64,000 bases of DNA from Nageia nagi (GCA_050084985.1 JBITNC010000001.1:126108001-126172000); one strand, 5' to 3'. Shown: positions 27,115 to 42,200, counted from the stretch's first letter. Notes: generated from the letters alone by a model not told the origin. Translations and numbers: made by a program.

Positions 27115-28423
27115 TGTACCATCTACATCCTCTCTTTTTTCCAATGCTTCCATAATTGTTTCATGTTCCTCTATCTAAGTTATCTACCACAATTTATTAT
27201 GAGGTCTCCCATGAAATCTATCAAGTTTTATATGTGTTCCCAGTACCAAGTTTGAGTATTGTATAATCTTCTTATATATTTGATAATCTTTGTATGTAGG
27301 AAAACCATTTTGTATTATGATATATGCTCATAGCTATGTACCAACAACCACCATAGAACTTGTTAGATACTTAGAACCATCATCATCAACTCGAGTATGA
27401 GTTAACTTATGTTTTATTTCAACACATCAGCCTAACCAATACACTATTCCCTCTTCATTTTCCTTACGTGTAAGAAGAACATACACATGTCCTGGAGCCA
27501 AAATTTGTATCAATAAAGTATAACATATATAAAACTAACATATATACATAATTATGTATTCATATAAATATAACAAATTAAATTACCTGCTTGTACAAGA
27601 TCTGAAATATGATCATAGTCATATGATGCAAAAAATTGATTCTCATATTTAATTCATATTTCCTATTCATAATTTGATTGCATAGGTGTCAAATATCTTT
27701 TGTTTCCATTCCTCAATCCAATCACTATTTGTACATGATTCCCAATCACTTATAATAGAAAACTAATAGAAACATGCAAGATCTCTTTTTCATAAAGTCC
27801 ACGTGCTTGCATTTGAACTCCTAAATGAATACCACTTGTTGATCCATTGATTATCTCACAATCATGATGAATTAGAATATTCTCTTCCTCAACTAACTAA
27901 AAGATTCATTTAATTATATAATTTTCACTTGATCCTATAGATAGTTTGGTATTACACCAATCCATAATTGCATGTGCATCTCTAAATTTGGTTGCCTCTT
28001 CAAATTTTAGTTGCTCTCTAGCAAGAGCTATTTTAACAGATGCACCAGCTCCATCATGCTCTCCTTTACCATGTCCAACATCATAAAAACTCCACATATG
28101 TTAGATATTATTCTCTTTGTGAACTCTACTTATCCAATAAAACATACATGCATTTTTAAAATATCCCATACAATTATCTAACCAAATTAAATATTATTTC
28201 ATTTGAATTTTTATTTTCTTCAAATTGTTGTAAAATACCTTGAACCAATATTGGATAAAGTTGGGTGAATGTAATTGGTTATCACTTATTTAGAAATGGT
28301 ACTCCCTAAAAAATTTTATATTATCTTTAGTATTATCAATTACCTGTCTATATACAATATAAACAAAAATGGAAACTTGCATTGAATTGTAATATTGAGA
28401 TTGAATTTCTTCTTTTGGTGCAA
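27115..28423 (-). pseudogene. Sola2-like transposase, C-terminal and catalytic part
   Basis: Motifs APKEEIQSQYYNSMQVSIF, ISDNQLH, WLDNCMGYFKN and FYDVGHGKGEHDGAGASVK, with multiple stops. Probable intron at ~27505-27587. Confidence 0.8.
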
Positions 28424-31400
28424 TGATTCAAAATTTGGATCTTCATAATATTTAGAAATTCATATTTAGTATGTCTAATGTGTTTTATTCATCATTAGCT
28501 TTCTAACACTCTTTTGGATCAAAAATCTGATTCAATTTGAGGGAGATATGTGATTTCTATGTTTGGGTATTTTTTATTATTAAAAAGTACAAGAGGTACA
28601 AAAAAGAATACAAAAGTAATTTTTTAGGTTCTAATTTATCTTTATATTATTAAATCATGTTATGTATCTCATTTTTCTCTTTCCATAACTTTTTACAGTT
28701 CATGAAACTAGGTTTATGATCAAAAGTTATTACATTTCAAAGTATGCAATTTTTTTAATGAAATGGGGGGCATTTGGAGGCCAAACTACATGGGGGTAAT
28801 TGGAGGCCAACTTGCATGAGGCAATTTGGAGGATAGATTGCATGGGGGCAAGTGTCCAATTTTGATTTGATCTACTTGTTTTAAGTGTAGTTTAGTATTT
28901 TTGCATGGAATTTAATATTTCTAAGGTTTGTTTTATTTTTTAATTGGCTAAAGCCCTTATTTTGGGTGGAGTATTATTTTGTAAGCCTATAATAGTCTAG
29001 AGAGCTTTATTTTTCTTATTGGTAAGCTCATTTTGGAAGATTTTGTAAACTTCTTGAGCCCAAATTGCAAAAGAGGAAAAAGGAGCCAAATGGGTATCTA
29101 GATATATTTTTGTTTTTGTTATTCCCTTAGTTGTAAACACATCCAAATTTGACCCCAAAAAAAATGTATAAAATGGGAGCGAATTGGACATGCCTAGGAG
29201 AGGAAGATTTTGGAGAGTTTAGTTTAGTTTTGGAGGTGAATTTTAAAATTGAAGATTATTTTTGAATGTGAGAAGAGGCTAAGGGTTTGTGGAGGTCCTT
29301 TTTGTACTTGAATTCCACTCCATCCACTATGATGAGAGAGCTAAGATTGTTGGACTAGCCCACATTCCATTCTATCTAAATTTTCTTGTCTTCTGATTAA
29401 ATTTAAGTATGGTATGGTCCTAGTTCAGAGTTAAAGTTAAAATTTAATTCTTAAGTTTATGGATCATGGTAGGTATCAGAGAAAGAAATTGAATTCGGAT
29501 TAACCTATATTTTGTGAGTTTTTTTGTTGATTTTTTGAAAATTATTTTGCATTAATACTAGGTTGCAAAGCAAGAAAGGTGAAGAGAAAATTGTACAAGG
29601 AGATCCTGAGATTGGTTCTAGGATTTTGCTAAGGAAGCAAAGAGAGAGTGCCATGGCCAATGAAGAAGGTTCCAATTTAGAAAAGTAACTTGCTAATATC
29701 ACCTCAATGTTCCAAAATAAGTCACTCCAATTTCAAGACTTCCAAGAACAACAAAATAAGAAAAATGAAGGTGAATCTAGTGAAGGTAAAAAATCAAGTA
29801 ATGAAAATGCAAATAGCAATTTTCAAAGTTCTACTTTGAAGCTTAAGGTTATGTTTGATTTGCTTAGTTTTGATGGAGAAGTGAATGTTGAAACATTAGA
29901 TAATTTGATTAACCAAATTTAAGTATATTGTACAATACAAAAAATTGTTAAAGATGAGGATAAAATCCAATTAGCTACCAATAAGATGGGTGGGAATGCA
30001 CTTATTTGGTAGGAAAGTTGTATTGAAAATTGTATGAAAAGTGAGGATGAATCACTTAATGATTGTAATGCTTCTTTGACTCATTTTGTACAATTTCTTG
30101 GAGATGAATTTTATGCATTGATCTACCATCAAAAAGTAGTAATGAAATGGCAAAGCTTTTGTCAAGGCAAAGGGTAAAGTGTGCAAGAATACATAACAAG
30201 TTTTGAAAAAGGGATACTATGCTAGGTATTTCCCTTAATTCCCAAGACACTCTTCTAAAGTATATTGGTTTTTTGAAAAACTATTTGAAACATATTTTGT
30301 TAATCTTTGATCCAATTGATTTAGATAAAGTTTGCATACAAGCCACACACTTAGAAAAAAGAGGCAAATTTATGAAAGAAAGAAAAACAAAATGCTTCTA
30401 ATTATAACTATTCTAAAAAAAAATAAGGGAAAAGATAAAACCACATATACTACACAAAAAGAGAAGTCAAAATATGTTTACACTCATTGTAAGAGAGAAG
30501 GTCATTTAGAGGTTAAATGTTGGAAATTGCATCTTGAATTATGCCCTAAATTTAAAGACCAAAAGAAAAAGCAAACACTATTGCTAGGAAAATTAATAGC
30601 GGTTCTGATGTAGATGAGAAAATGGCATGTATGGTATTGCGTAATTCATCTATTTAAGATGAAATAAAGAAGAAATTGAACTTTTTCACATCAAAGTATA
30701 AGCTAAGAAAATAAGGATTAATACATTGTTTGATCTTGGTTCACAAGTTAACTTGATTACTAAGGAATATGTAAAATCACTTGCACTCACCACTCAACAA
30801 TATCCACACCCATATCCATTGGGATGGGTGCATAAAAAGTCCAAGTTAGAGGTAACTAGACAATGCAAATTGAAATTTGGAATTAACAAGGATTACATTG
30901 ATGAGATTTTACTTGATGTTGTACCTTTGCATATTTGTGGGATTGTGTTTAGAAGTCCTTATCTATGGTATAGAGATGCTTTGTTTTATAGAAAGGAATA
31001 TAAATATAGATCATTAAGGATGGAATTGAATATATGATTAGTTCTCATCAAAATAAGGAAAAAAATATTTCTTTGAAAACTACAGGACAAGCAACGAGAT
31101 TTGTTAATACAAAAAAATGTTTGCAGTTGCAATGGTGAGTTCTCAAAATGAAATGGAAATCATTAAGGCTCTTGATGAATGCAAACCTTAATACAAAGAT
31201 GAAGTTAAAGAAGTAATTTCTGAATTTGAAGAATTATTTCAAATTCTTAAAGAACTTCCACCTAAAATAGATATACAACATGAGATTCAATTGCTTCCTT
31301 ATGTTGCACTTCCTAATATTGGTTTGTATAGACATTCTTTCATGAAAAATGATGAAATTAAGAAACAAATTAAGGAATTACTAGATCAAGGAGTCATTAG

Positions 31401-33358
31401 ACCAAGCACATCACCATGTGTATCTCCTATTATATAATTCCAAAAAAAATGGAAATATTGATTTTCTTATGCATGATGGATTACTTTTTCATTTGGGCAA
31501 GTTTTGTATTCCTAAAGGTGAGAGGAATATTCTTATTTGGGAAGCTCACACTTATCATATTTTAGGATATTTTGGCATTGGTAAAATTCTTTCTAATTTG
31601 TAAAGGTATTATTATTGGCCTAAAATGAAAGAAAATGTATCCATATATATCACAGGTTGTATGTTATGTAATGTTAGCAAACCCAGTAACAAGACAACAG
31701 TACACCTTTTACGAGGTGATTATTGTAAGCATCCTAAGACTTGGGATGAACAAATTTGAGTTATATAAAACATGCATATAATATTCATAGAGTGGATCAC
31801 AAATTTCAGGTTGGGGATCAAGTATGGCTTCATTTTAGAAAGGAAAGACAACATGGTAAGGGGAAAAAGTTAAAATCGATAAAGTATGGGCCTTTTAATA
31901 TCATTGATCAAGTTGGTGACAATGTATTTTAGTTAGACCTACCACCTTATATATAGATTTATTCCATTCTTAGTGTGATGATTTTGAAGTTGTATGAACC
32001 AACCTTGGTTGCAAAAGATACAGGTGTCATGTTGCCATTCATGGAGGATTTAGCCCCCAAGCATATGAGTGTTTTACCTGAGGATGCAATATTGGAAAAG
32101 AAGAAGAGGTCATATCATAGTGGTGAACATGAGGTGTGGCATATTATATTAGAGGGCCAACACCCATACGAGGCCAAGTGGTATGCAGTTGATTTAGTGA
32201 GGGATTTCTACCCTCACCTTATTCCATCATCCTAGGAACTTTTGGGTTCAAAAGCTCTCTCTTAGTGGGGAGGAATGATCCAAAATTTTGATCTTCATAG
32301 TATTCAAAAATTCATATTCAATATATTCAATGTTTTCTATTTGTCATCAATTTTTTGACACTTCTTTTGGATAAAAAATCTAATTCATTTTGAGGCAAAT
32401 ATGTGATTTCTAAGTTTGGGTATTTTTTATTATTAAAAAATACAAGAGGCACAAAAAAGAAAAATAAGTAATTTCTCAAGTTCCTACTTATGTTTGTTTT
32501 ATTATATCATATTATATAGATCATTTTCCTCTTTCCAGAACTTTTTATGGTTCATGAAACTTACTTCATGATGAAAAGTTATAGCATTTTAAAGTATGCA
32601 ATTTTTTTAATGAAATGGGGGGGCATTTGGAAGCCAAATTGTGTGGGGGCATTTTGGAAGCCAGATTGGAAGCTGCTAATCGTCCAATTTTGATTGGATC
32701 CACCTATTTTAAGTGGAGTTTATTATTTTTACATTTAATTTTATATTTCTAAGATCTATTTTATTTTTTAATTGGCTAAAGACCCCATTTTTGGACTAAG
32801 TATTTTTTGTAAGCCTGTAACAATCTAGAGAGCATTATCTTTCTTGTTGGTAAGATCATTTTGGAAGACTTTATAAACCTCTTGATCCCAAATTGCATAA
32901 GAGGATAAAGGAGCCAAATGGGTATTGATATGTAGCTTTTATTTTTTATTCCCTTATTTGTAACACATCCAAATTTGACTCCAAAAAAATGTATAAAATG
33001 GGAGAAAATTGGACATGCTTGGGAGAGGAAGATTTTAGAGAGTTTATTTCAATTTTGGAGGTGAATTTCAAAAATCAAGATTGAGTGTGAATGTGAGAAG
33101 AGGATGAGGGATTGTGAGGGTCCTTTTTGTACTTGAATTATACCCACTTTGAAGAGAGAGCTAATATTGCTAGGGTAGCCCACATTGGGTGAACAAGGGT
33201 AAATTTGCTTATCTTTTGTGTGCTTAGAGTTCTATTTCTTCTCTAGTTTTTCATTCATTTTATCTAAATTTCCTTACAAGCACTTGATTAAATTTAAGTG
33301 TGGAATGGTCCTAGTTGAGAGTTAAAGTTCAAATTTAATTCTTTAAGTTTATGGATCA
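28424..33358 (+). mobile_element. Internally deleted chromovirus-branch Ty3/Gypsy LTR retrotransposon
   Basis: LTRs 28424-29466 and 32276-33358 (TGAT...ATCA). TSD TGCAA at 28419-28423 and 33359-33363. Met-type PBS GGTATCAGAG at ~29472 and PPT AGTGGGGAGGAA at 32264-32275. Confidence 0.93.
29650..32235 (+). pseudogene. Degenerate gag-PR-(RT/RH deleted)-partial INT with chromodomain-like tail
   Basis: Knuckle (Y)THCKREGHLEVKCWKLH and protease LFDLGSQVNLI. The RT start (RPSTSPC.SP) jumps directly to the integrase Zn region (LIWEAH). The C-terminal EDAILEKK...EAKWY is chromodomain-like. Confidence 0.85.
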
Positions 33359-33397
33359 TGCAAGAGTATAGTTTTATACAAAATCAACCATTGATAA
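33359..33397 (-). pseudogene. 39-bp stub of the Sola2-like transposase between two LTR insertions
   Basis: Reads LSMVDFV*NYTLA and joins in frame to VGTI (from 49345 upward) and PKEEIQ (below 28419) once both insertions and one copy of each TSD are removed. Confidence 0.85.
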
Positions 33398-34003
33398 TGG
33401 TTCAAATTCATGACAAAAGACCAACAATGGACATAAGGAGTAATTTTTAGTTCGTTGATTTAATAGACAAAGAATTACCATTAAAAAATAATTGCATGAA
33501 ATAATATAATTTTTATTATTCCGAAATCTACACTGCCTCCTCCATGAGGATTACATTTCCTTTATATCCAAATTCTACCTAACGAAAGTTACTAAAAATA
33601 GTAAGTTTTTATTGCACCTAGAAAAATTAGCTTATTATTTTTTGAAAGGATATGAAATAGGTTGGATGAGTTCCAAATTGGAATCATGCATCTTTTATAC
33701 ATTAACTGTGCCATTTCAAAAATAACATCACTCAAATGATACTCTTATAAAAAACTATTAAAAAAATAACACTTTCAAAAATTGGAAAGTAACTTTACAT
33801 GAAAAATTTAGGGTTGAAGATGGAGTCATTAGGCCCTAAAAAGTGAACCAAAATATCCTAGCCTATTTAAGAGATCCTTTCCATGGTGGAGAGAATTTGA
33901 TTTTAGGCAATTTGAAAAAAAAATGGGCCCTAACAGGCACCTGAATCAAAAGTTATGCCCTTGGTAAGGTGACCCAAGATTTTAGGCCTGATTGAGTGCA
34001 TCA
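33398..34003 (-). repeat. CRM-like LTR A (3'-most)
   Basis: Homologous to the other three LTRs, with a PPT adjacent at 34004-34012. Confidence 0.9.
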
Positions 34004-37000
34004 TTCTCCTCTAATTGAAGAGAACTCAACTCATATGATTTTAATTGATGGAATTCATGTAGCTTCTTACTGTCAATCTTCTTTAACTACCCTTCTAAAA
34101 TCCAACTATTTTCTACTACAGATAATCCTTCCCATCGTACCAAGTACCTAGCATACTGGCCATGTCTAATGGTCATCACCTTTTGATCAATGATATGCAT
34201 GATGCATTCCTTCTTTTTCTTGGAAAGTTGTTCCTCTCAATTTGCTTGACCTTCTAACTCACCATAAAAAATTTCCCCATGGAATGCATATAAATAAGAA
34301 ACATTGAAAATAGGTGAAATATTTAGGTCCACTAGCAATTCCACCTTATATGCATTGTCATTCCTCTTCTCTAGAATCTTGCAAGGACCAATCTTCTTCA
34401 TCTTTAGCTTATTGTAGGTACCTTTAGGAAATTGTTCTTTATGAAGGTGGACCATCACTAAATAACCTTCCTAGAATATCTTCTCTCTTCAATGCAAATC
34501 TATTGCTACCTTATATTTGGTATTGTTCACTTGTAATTGTACTCGAACCTCCTCCTATAACTGTTGTATGTGTTTAGCAAACACCTTAGCATCATCACTA
34601 ACATTTTCTATGAGTAGTAATTTAGCAAAGTCAAGAACACCTATGGGAATATATCCATAAACAACCTAAAATGGTGACTTCCTTGTGGATCAAATAACTA
34701 AACTATTATATGCAAACTCTGCCTATGTTAAAGCTCAATCCCATTGCCTAATCTTTGCTCCAACTATGCATCACAAGAGATTACCTAGACTATGGTTTAC
34801 AACCTCTATTTTGTTGTTAGTTTATGAGTGATATGTGCTACTAAAATATAATCATGTGTCCATTTTCTCCCAAAGGATCCTCCAAAAGTGGCTCAAAAAT
34901 TTGACATCTTGATTTGAGGTGAAAGATTTTGGGACTCCATGCAGCCTTACAATTTCATCAAAGAACAACATTGCAACACTAGTGGCATATTCTATCTTTT
35001 TACATGCAAGAAAATGGGCCATCCTAGAGAATATATCAATAAAAAAAAGTTGGAATCCTTATCTCGTTGAGTCCATGGTAGCCCCAAAATAAAATCCATT
35101 CTCATATCTACCCAAGGTCCAATAGTGATTGGTTAGGGCATATACAAATTGGTATTTTGGGCCTAGCCTTTAGCTGTCTAATATACCCTTCATCCTCTCA
35201 CAAACTTGGTCACATCCCTCCTCAAATTTGGCCAAAAATACTTCCTCGCAACAAGTGTGAGTGTTTTATCTTCTCTAGAGTGCCTAGCTAGACCCTCACT
35301 ATGCAACTCTTGCAAGAGATTTTCCCTCATTGAACCAACTGGAATACATAACTGTGTACCCCTAAATAAATAACCATCTTGTATAACATATTCTACATAA
35401 ATAGGACCAACTTCACCTAGGTTTGGGTCTTTAAACTATCACACAACATGTGCAAAGTTATATTCATCTTCATACATACCTTTGATACTCTCAAACCCAA
35501 TTTCTACATTCTCCATGGTAGTTACCAATAATGTTCTCCTACTCGATGCAATTTGCAACTTTATTTTTCTTCCCTATTTTATTTTTTAAAATAAACACAT
35601 ATTATTGAATGATGGACACCCACTTTGCATTCCTACTATTCAACTTCTTCTAATAATTAATATACCTCAATGCTTCATTATCAATGAAGAGTACAAATTC
35701 CTTAGAGACTAAGTAGTGGTGCCAATATCGTAATACTTGAACAATAGCATAGAATTCAACATCATAAGTGGAGTAGTTCCTTATTACCTCATTCAACTTT
35801 TCATTGAATAATGCAATGGGATGTCCCTCTTGGCTCAACATAGCTCCAATCCCAAGGTCACAAGCATCACAAACAACCTTAAATAGTTTTATAAAATTAG
35901 GTAACACTAAAATAGGAGCTATTGTTATCTTCTTTTTCAAGAGTTCAAAACTCTCTAGTGCTACCATTGTCCATGAGGATTCCTTCCCCTTCATGCAGTC
36001 TATGATAGGTGCCATAAGGTTGCTAAATTTCCTAATGAACTTTATGTAAAAGGTCACCAAGCCATTGAAGCTCCTAACCTCAGTTATGCTCCTTGGACTA
36101 GGCAAATCAACAATCACTTGTACCTTTTCTCCTTCCATATTGAGACCTTCTCTTTAGACCATAAATCCCAAAAACACTAAACTTTCCTATAGGAATCTAC
36201 ATTTCTTCACATTTGCATACAATTTCTCCTTCCTTAATAGATCTAACACCACCCTCAAATGATACAAATGATCCACCTCACTCTTATTTAAAATTAGGAT
36301 ATCATCAAAATATATGATCACAAACTTGCCATTATATTCTCAAAGTAACCTATTCATCAATTATATAAGGGTACTTGGTGCATTTGAAAACCTAAATGGA
36401 ATCACCATCCATTCATATAACCCCTCTTGGATCTTGAAAGTTATCTTCCACTCATCACCTTCCCTAATCCTAATTTGGTAGTGGCCACTTCAGAGATTAA
36501 TTTTACTAACCTCAGCCAAAACATCAATCATATCATCTACTCAAGGTATCAAAAACTCTTTCCTAATAGTGATCTTATTTATGGATCTACTATCTATAAA
36601 CATCCACCAGGAGCCAAATATTTTAGGAGTTAAGAGTTTAGGTGTTTCATAAGGACTCATACTCTCTCTAACCAACCCTCTCTTCATCAATTGATTTACC
36701 TTTTTATTTAACTCATCATTTTGTGTTGGGCTAAGCTAGTAGGTTGCCTAATTTGGAAGGGCTAAACTTAGAATTAGTTCAACGTGATGTTGAATATCTT
36801 TCTTAGGTAGTAGTCACATTAGTAGCTCTTTAGGTATGACATTTGGATATTCTTCCAATAAGTTTAGGGCCACACGTGATATAGTTCTATAATGAAGTCC
36901 TTATTTTACTCTGACGTTAAATATCTTTTCTAATTTATTTTACACCTCCCATAGTTCTATGATGAAGTCCTTTCCTATCAATAAACTTTGACTAGGTACT

Positions 37001-38588
37001 TCTTCCATAAGGGGTAAAAATATTACCTTTACACCATCCTTCTAGAATTTATAAGTATTCTTGCATCCATTATGAAGAGCCTTCCTATCAAACTACCATG
37101 AGCTCATAAGCATTATGTGACATGCATCCATTGGAATCACATCACACCATACTTCATCTTGATATGTATTCCTAATTAAAAGAATTATCAAACACCTCTT
37201 GTCAATAATCATCTCATTTTCTTTTTTTTGATCCATGTAACATGATATGGTGTAGGATGCTTCTCACAATTTAGATTTAGTTTCTCAACCCTTAAGAGCC
37301 CAAATTTTCATAACTACCACCATTTATGATCACATTACATACCTTACCTCTAGAGGTACACCTTGCATAGAAGATATTTATGCTTAGCCATGAATATCCA
37401 CCTTCATCTGCTTGCATGCTAGCCTTCTCTATGACAATCATGGCTCTCCTTATCATGAGGGTTTCCCCAACATCTACCATAACTTCTATTTTAGTTTCCT
37501 CTTCTTGAACTATAGAGACCCTAGCTGGTCCTCTTTTATCAAGATCATAATGAGGGCACTCTGATGCCTTATGGCCTTGCTCACTAAATCTATAATAGAT
37601 GAATGGCTTCCTAGGCTCATTCACATTCCTTCCTACCTCAACCTCTCAAATATCCTCTTCCCCTTTGGGAGTTACCTTGAGCATGCCCAACCTTATCCTC
37701 TTTCTTGTTAGGGGTTGATGACTCTCCTTTGAAAAAGCTAGATCCATAATGCCTTAGATTGGATGAGGGTGTTCCTCCCTTCTTACTACCTCTATTAATC
37801 ATCTTAAGTTTCTCCTTAGCTTTTAGGGCCATCTAGTATGCATCTTCTATAGTAAGGGTGCGATGCATACCTATCTCATCTTGGATAGGAAAACTAAGGC
37901 CATTCACATACCTTGTAGCCCATTATTCCTCTATTTCATGATGTTCCACCTGAATGGATAGCTTGTAGAACTCATTGGTGTAGTATTCAATGCTTTTTTC
38001 ATTCTAGAAAAGATTCTAAAATCTACGAAACAAGGTCTGGGACTAGTCTATGGGAATGAATTTAGTCTGCAACTTTTTATTCATCTTTTCCCAAGATCTA
38101 ATATTCTATTTTTCTTTCCTTTGGTGTTCAACTTGTAGATGATCCCATCAGATTAATGCATGTGCATTCGAATTTATGCATAAGAGCTTCACTTTTTATT
38201 CCTCCATAAGGTTACTCCATTTAAAATACTTTTCTATGCTATTCACCTAATCAATAAGCTCCTCTAGTTTTAAACCACCAACATACTTAGGAACCTCAAT
38301 CTTGATTTTATCTTGATTCCCCTTTAGCCCTTATAAGGCTTGAATCAATCTATTCTCAAAAAGCACTTCTAATCCCCTTAGATCTTCTTGTTCAACCTCC
38401 ATCTCAACCAAAGACCCAACTTCCTCATTCACACTTTTCAGATTTGATCTTGGATCTGGTTGCATGTTGTTACGTACTCATCTAGTCTAGTTAATTGCCT
38501 TGACTAAACATGTTATCTCTACTTGTAGATCCTTGATTTTCCTATTCATCTAGGCATAGTGCCCCCTTTGGGCTCTTCTAGGTGGCAT
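34004..38588 (-). pseudogene. CRM-like gag-pol, unit 1 (degenerate)
   Basis: ATG at 38588 (MPPRRA). Protease IINGGSYENL, RNase H CDACDLGIGAMLSQEGHPIA, integrase tail VHLHKEQFPKGTYNKLKMKKIGPCKIL. Many stops. Confidence 0.9.
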
Positions 38589-38627
38589 CTTCTCCCCAAA
38601 TGAGATCACACTCGCTCTAATACCAAA

Positions 38628-39241
38628 TGGTCTAGATTCATTACAAGAGACCAACAATGGACTCAAGGGGTAACTTTTAGTTTGTTAATTCCATAGACAA
38701 AGAATTGCTATGAACAAATAATTTTGCCAAATAATGTAATTTTCTTTATTCCTGAATCTACACTCCCTCCTCCAAGAGGATTACATTTCCTTTATACCCA
38801 AATTCTACCTCTAATTCTACCTAACAAAACTTACTAAAAATAGTAAGTTTTTATTGCACCTAGAAAAATTAGTTAACTATTTTTGAAAAGGCTACAAAAT
38901 AGCTTGGATGTTCAAATTGGAATCATGCATCTGTTATACATTAACTATTCCATTTCTAAAATAACATCATTGAACTGATACTCTTATTAAAAGCTATTAA
39001 AAAATTAACACTTTCCAAAATTGGGAAATAACTTTGCATGCAAAATATAGGGTCCAAGATGGATTTGTTAGGCCCCAAAAAGTGGTCCACAAAATCCAAG
39101 TCTCTTTATAATATCCTTGCCATGGTGTAGAGAATTTAATTCTAGATGATTTGAAAAAAATGGACCCTAACAAGCACACCGGATCAAAAGTGACACCCAT
39201 GATAAGGTGACCTAAGATTTTAGGCCTAGTTGAGTGCATCA
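38628..39241 (-). repeat. CRM-like LTR B (shared)
   Basis: PBS on one side, PPT on the other, and no TSD. Confidence 0.9.
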
Positions 39242-42200
39242 TTCTCCTCTTATTAAAGAGAACTTAGCTCCTGCAAGTTTAGTTGATGGAATTCCTTTAG
39301 CTTCTTGGTGTTAAGCTTCTTCAAATCCCCTTCTAAAATCCAACTATTTTCTATTGCAAATAATCCTTCCCATTATACCAAGTACTTGGGATACTAGCCA
39401 TGTCTAGTTGTTCATCCCAATTTACTTGACCTTCTACCTCACCATCATGAATTTCCATATGAAATGCATATAAATCAAAAACATTGAAAATATGTGAAAT
39501 ATATAGGTCCTCTAATAATTCCACCTTATATTCATTGTCATTCCTCTTCTCTAGAATCTTGCAAGAACCAATCTTCTTCATTTTTATCTTATTCTAGGTG
39601 CCTTTAGGAAACCGTTCTTTATGAAGGTGGACCATCATTAAATCACCTTCCTAGAATATCTTATCTCTTTGATGCAAATATGTTGTTGCCATATATTTGG
39701 CATTATTTTCTCATAATTGTACTTGAACCTCATCCTATAATTGTTGTATGTGTTTAGCAAACACCTCAGCAATATCACTAACATTTATTGTGAGTGGTAA
39801 TTTAGCCAATTCAAGAACACCTTTGGGATTCTATCCATAAATAATCTAAAATGGTGACTTCGCTATGTATCAATTAATTGAACTATTATATGTAAATTCT
39901 ACTTATGCTATAGCTCGATCCTATTGCCTCAGCTTTGCTCCAACTATGCATCACAAGAGATTACCTAGGTTGTAGTTTACAACCTCTATTTTTTCATCAA
40001 TTTGTGGGTGATATGCGCTACTAAACTATAATCATGTGACCATTTTCTTCCATAAGATCCTACAAAATTAGCTCAAAATTTTGACAACTCGATCTGAGGT
40101 GAATGATTTTGGGACTCCATGAAACCTTACAATTTCATCAAAAAACAACACTACAACACTAATGGAATCTTTGATCTTCTTACATGCAAGAAAATGGGCC
40201 ATCTTAGAGAACCTATCAACAACAACAAATATGGAATCCTTACCTCACTGAGTCCATGGTAGCCCCAAAATAAAATCCATGCTTAGATCTACCCAAGGTT
40301 TGGTAGGGATCAGTAAGGGCATATGTAAACTAGTATTTTGGGCCTAGCCTTTAGCTGTTTGACATACCCTACATCATCTCATAAACTTACTCACATCCCT
40401 CCTTAAATTTGGCCAAAACTACTTTACTACAATAAGTGTGAGTGTTTTGTCTACTGCAAAGTGCCCAACTAGCCCCCATTATGCAACTCTCATAAGAGAT
40501 TTTTCCTCATGGAACCAATTGGAATACATAACTATGTACCCCTAAATAAATAACCATCCTAGATAACATATTCTATAAAAATAGGACCAATTTAACCTAG
40601 GTTTAGGTCTTTAAACTATTGCACAACATGTACAAAGTCAGAGTCATCTTCATACATACCTTTAATACTCTCAAACCAAACTACTACATTCTCCATGGTA
40701 TTTACCAACAATGTTCTCCTACTCAATGCATCTACAACTTTATTCTACTTTCCTAATTTATGTTTTAAAATAAACACATGTTCTTGAATGAAGGAAACCC
40801 ACTTTGCATGCTTACTGTTCAACTTCTTCTAAGAATTAATATACCTCAATGCTTCATGATTAGTGAAGAGTACAAATTCCTTAGAGCATAAGTAGTGGTG
40901 CCAATATTGTAATGCTTGAATAATAGCATAGAATTCAACATCATAAGTGGAGTAATTCATTCTTACCTCATTCAACTTTTCATTGAAGAATGCAATGGGA
41001 TGTCCCTCTTGGCTCAACATAGCTCTAATCCTAAGGTCATAAGTAGCACAATCAACCTCAAATAATTTTATAAAATTAGGTAACACTAAAATAGGAGTTG
41101 TTGTTATCTTCTTTTTTTAGAGTTCAAAACTCTCTTATGCTACCTTTGTCTATAAGAATTCCTTCCCCTTCATGCATTCTATTATAGGTGCCACAAGGCT
41201 ACTAAATTTCCTAATTAACTTTCTATAAAAAGGTCACCAAGCCATGGAAGATTCTAACCTCAGTTATGCTCCTTGGACTAGGCCAATCAACAATTACCTG
41301 TACCTTTTCTTCTTCCATCTTGAGACCTTCTTTTGAGACCACAAATCCCAAAAACACTAAACTTTCCTATAGGATTCTACATTTCTTTAGGTTGGCATAC
41401 AATTTCTCCTTCTTTAACAAATCTAACACCAGCCTCAAATGACACAAATGATCCACCTCACTCTTACTAAAAATTATGATATCATCAAAATATATGACCA
41501 CAAACTTACCATTGTATTCTTGAAGTACCCTAATCATCAATTGTATAAAGGAACTTGGTGCATTTAACAACCCAAATGGCATCACCATCCATTCATACAA
41601 CCTATCTTAGGTCTTGAAAGTTGTCTTCCACTCATCACCTTCCCTAATCCTGATTTGGTAGTAGCTGCTTCGAACATCAATTTTACTAAAGTAGCTATCC
41701 CTAGCCAAAACATCCATCATATCATCTACTCAAGGTATCAAAATTTGATACCTAATAGTGATCTTATTTATGGCTCTACTATTTATACACATTCTCCAAG
41801 AGACATCTTTCTTAGGGGTCAAGAGTGTAGGTGTTGTGTAAGCACTCATACTCTCTTTGACCAACCCTTACTTCATTAATTTATTTACCTATTTACTTAA
41901 CTCAGCATTTTGTGTTGGGCTTAGTCAATAGGTTGCCTAATTTGGAAGGGTTGAACCTAGAATTAGATCAAGGTGATGTTAAATATCTCTCCTGGGTGGT
42001 ATTCCCATCGATAGCTCTTTAGGTATGACATATGGATATTTTTCCAATAATTTCAAGGAAACATGTGGTATGGGAACCTCTTTTTTCTCTACTTGTTTTA
42101 CACTTAAAGTGTATCACCAACTAACCTCCCATAGTTCTATGATGAATTCCTTTCCTATCAACAAACTTTGATTGGGTGCTACATCCTTAAGGGGTAAAAG

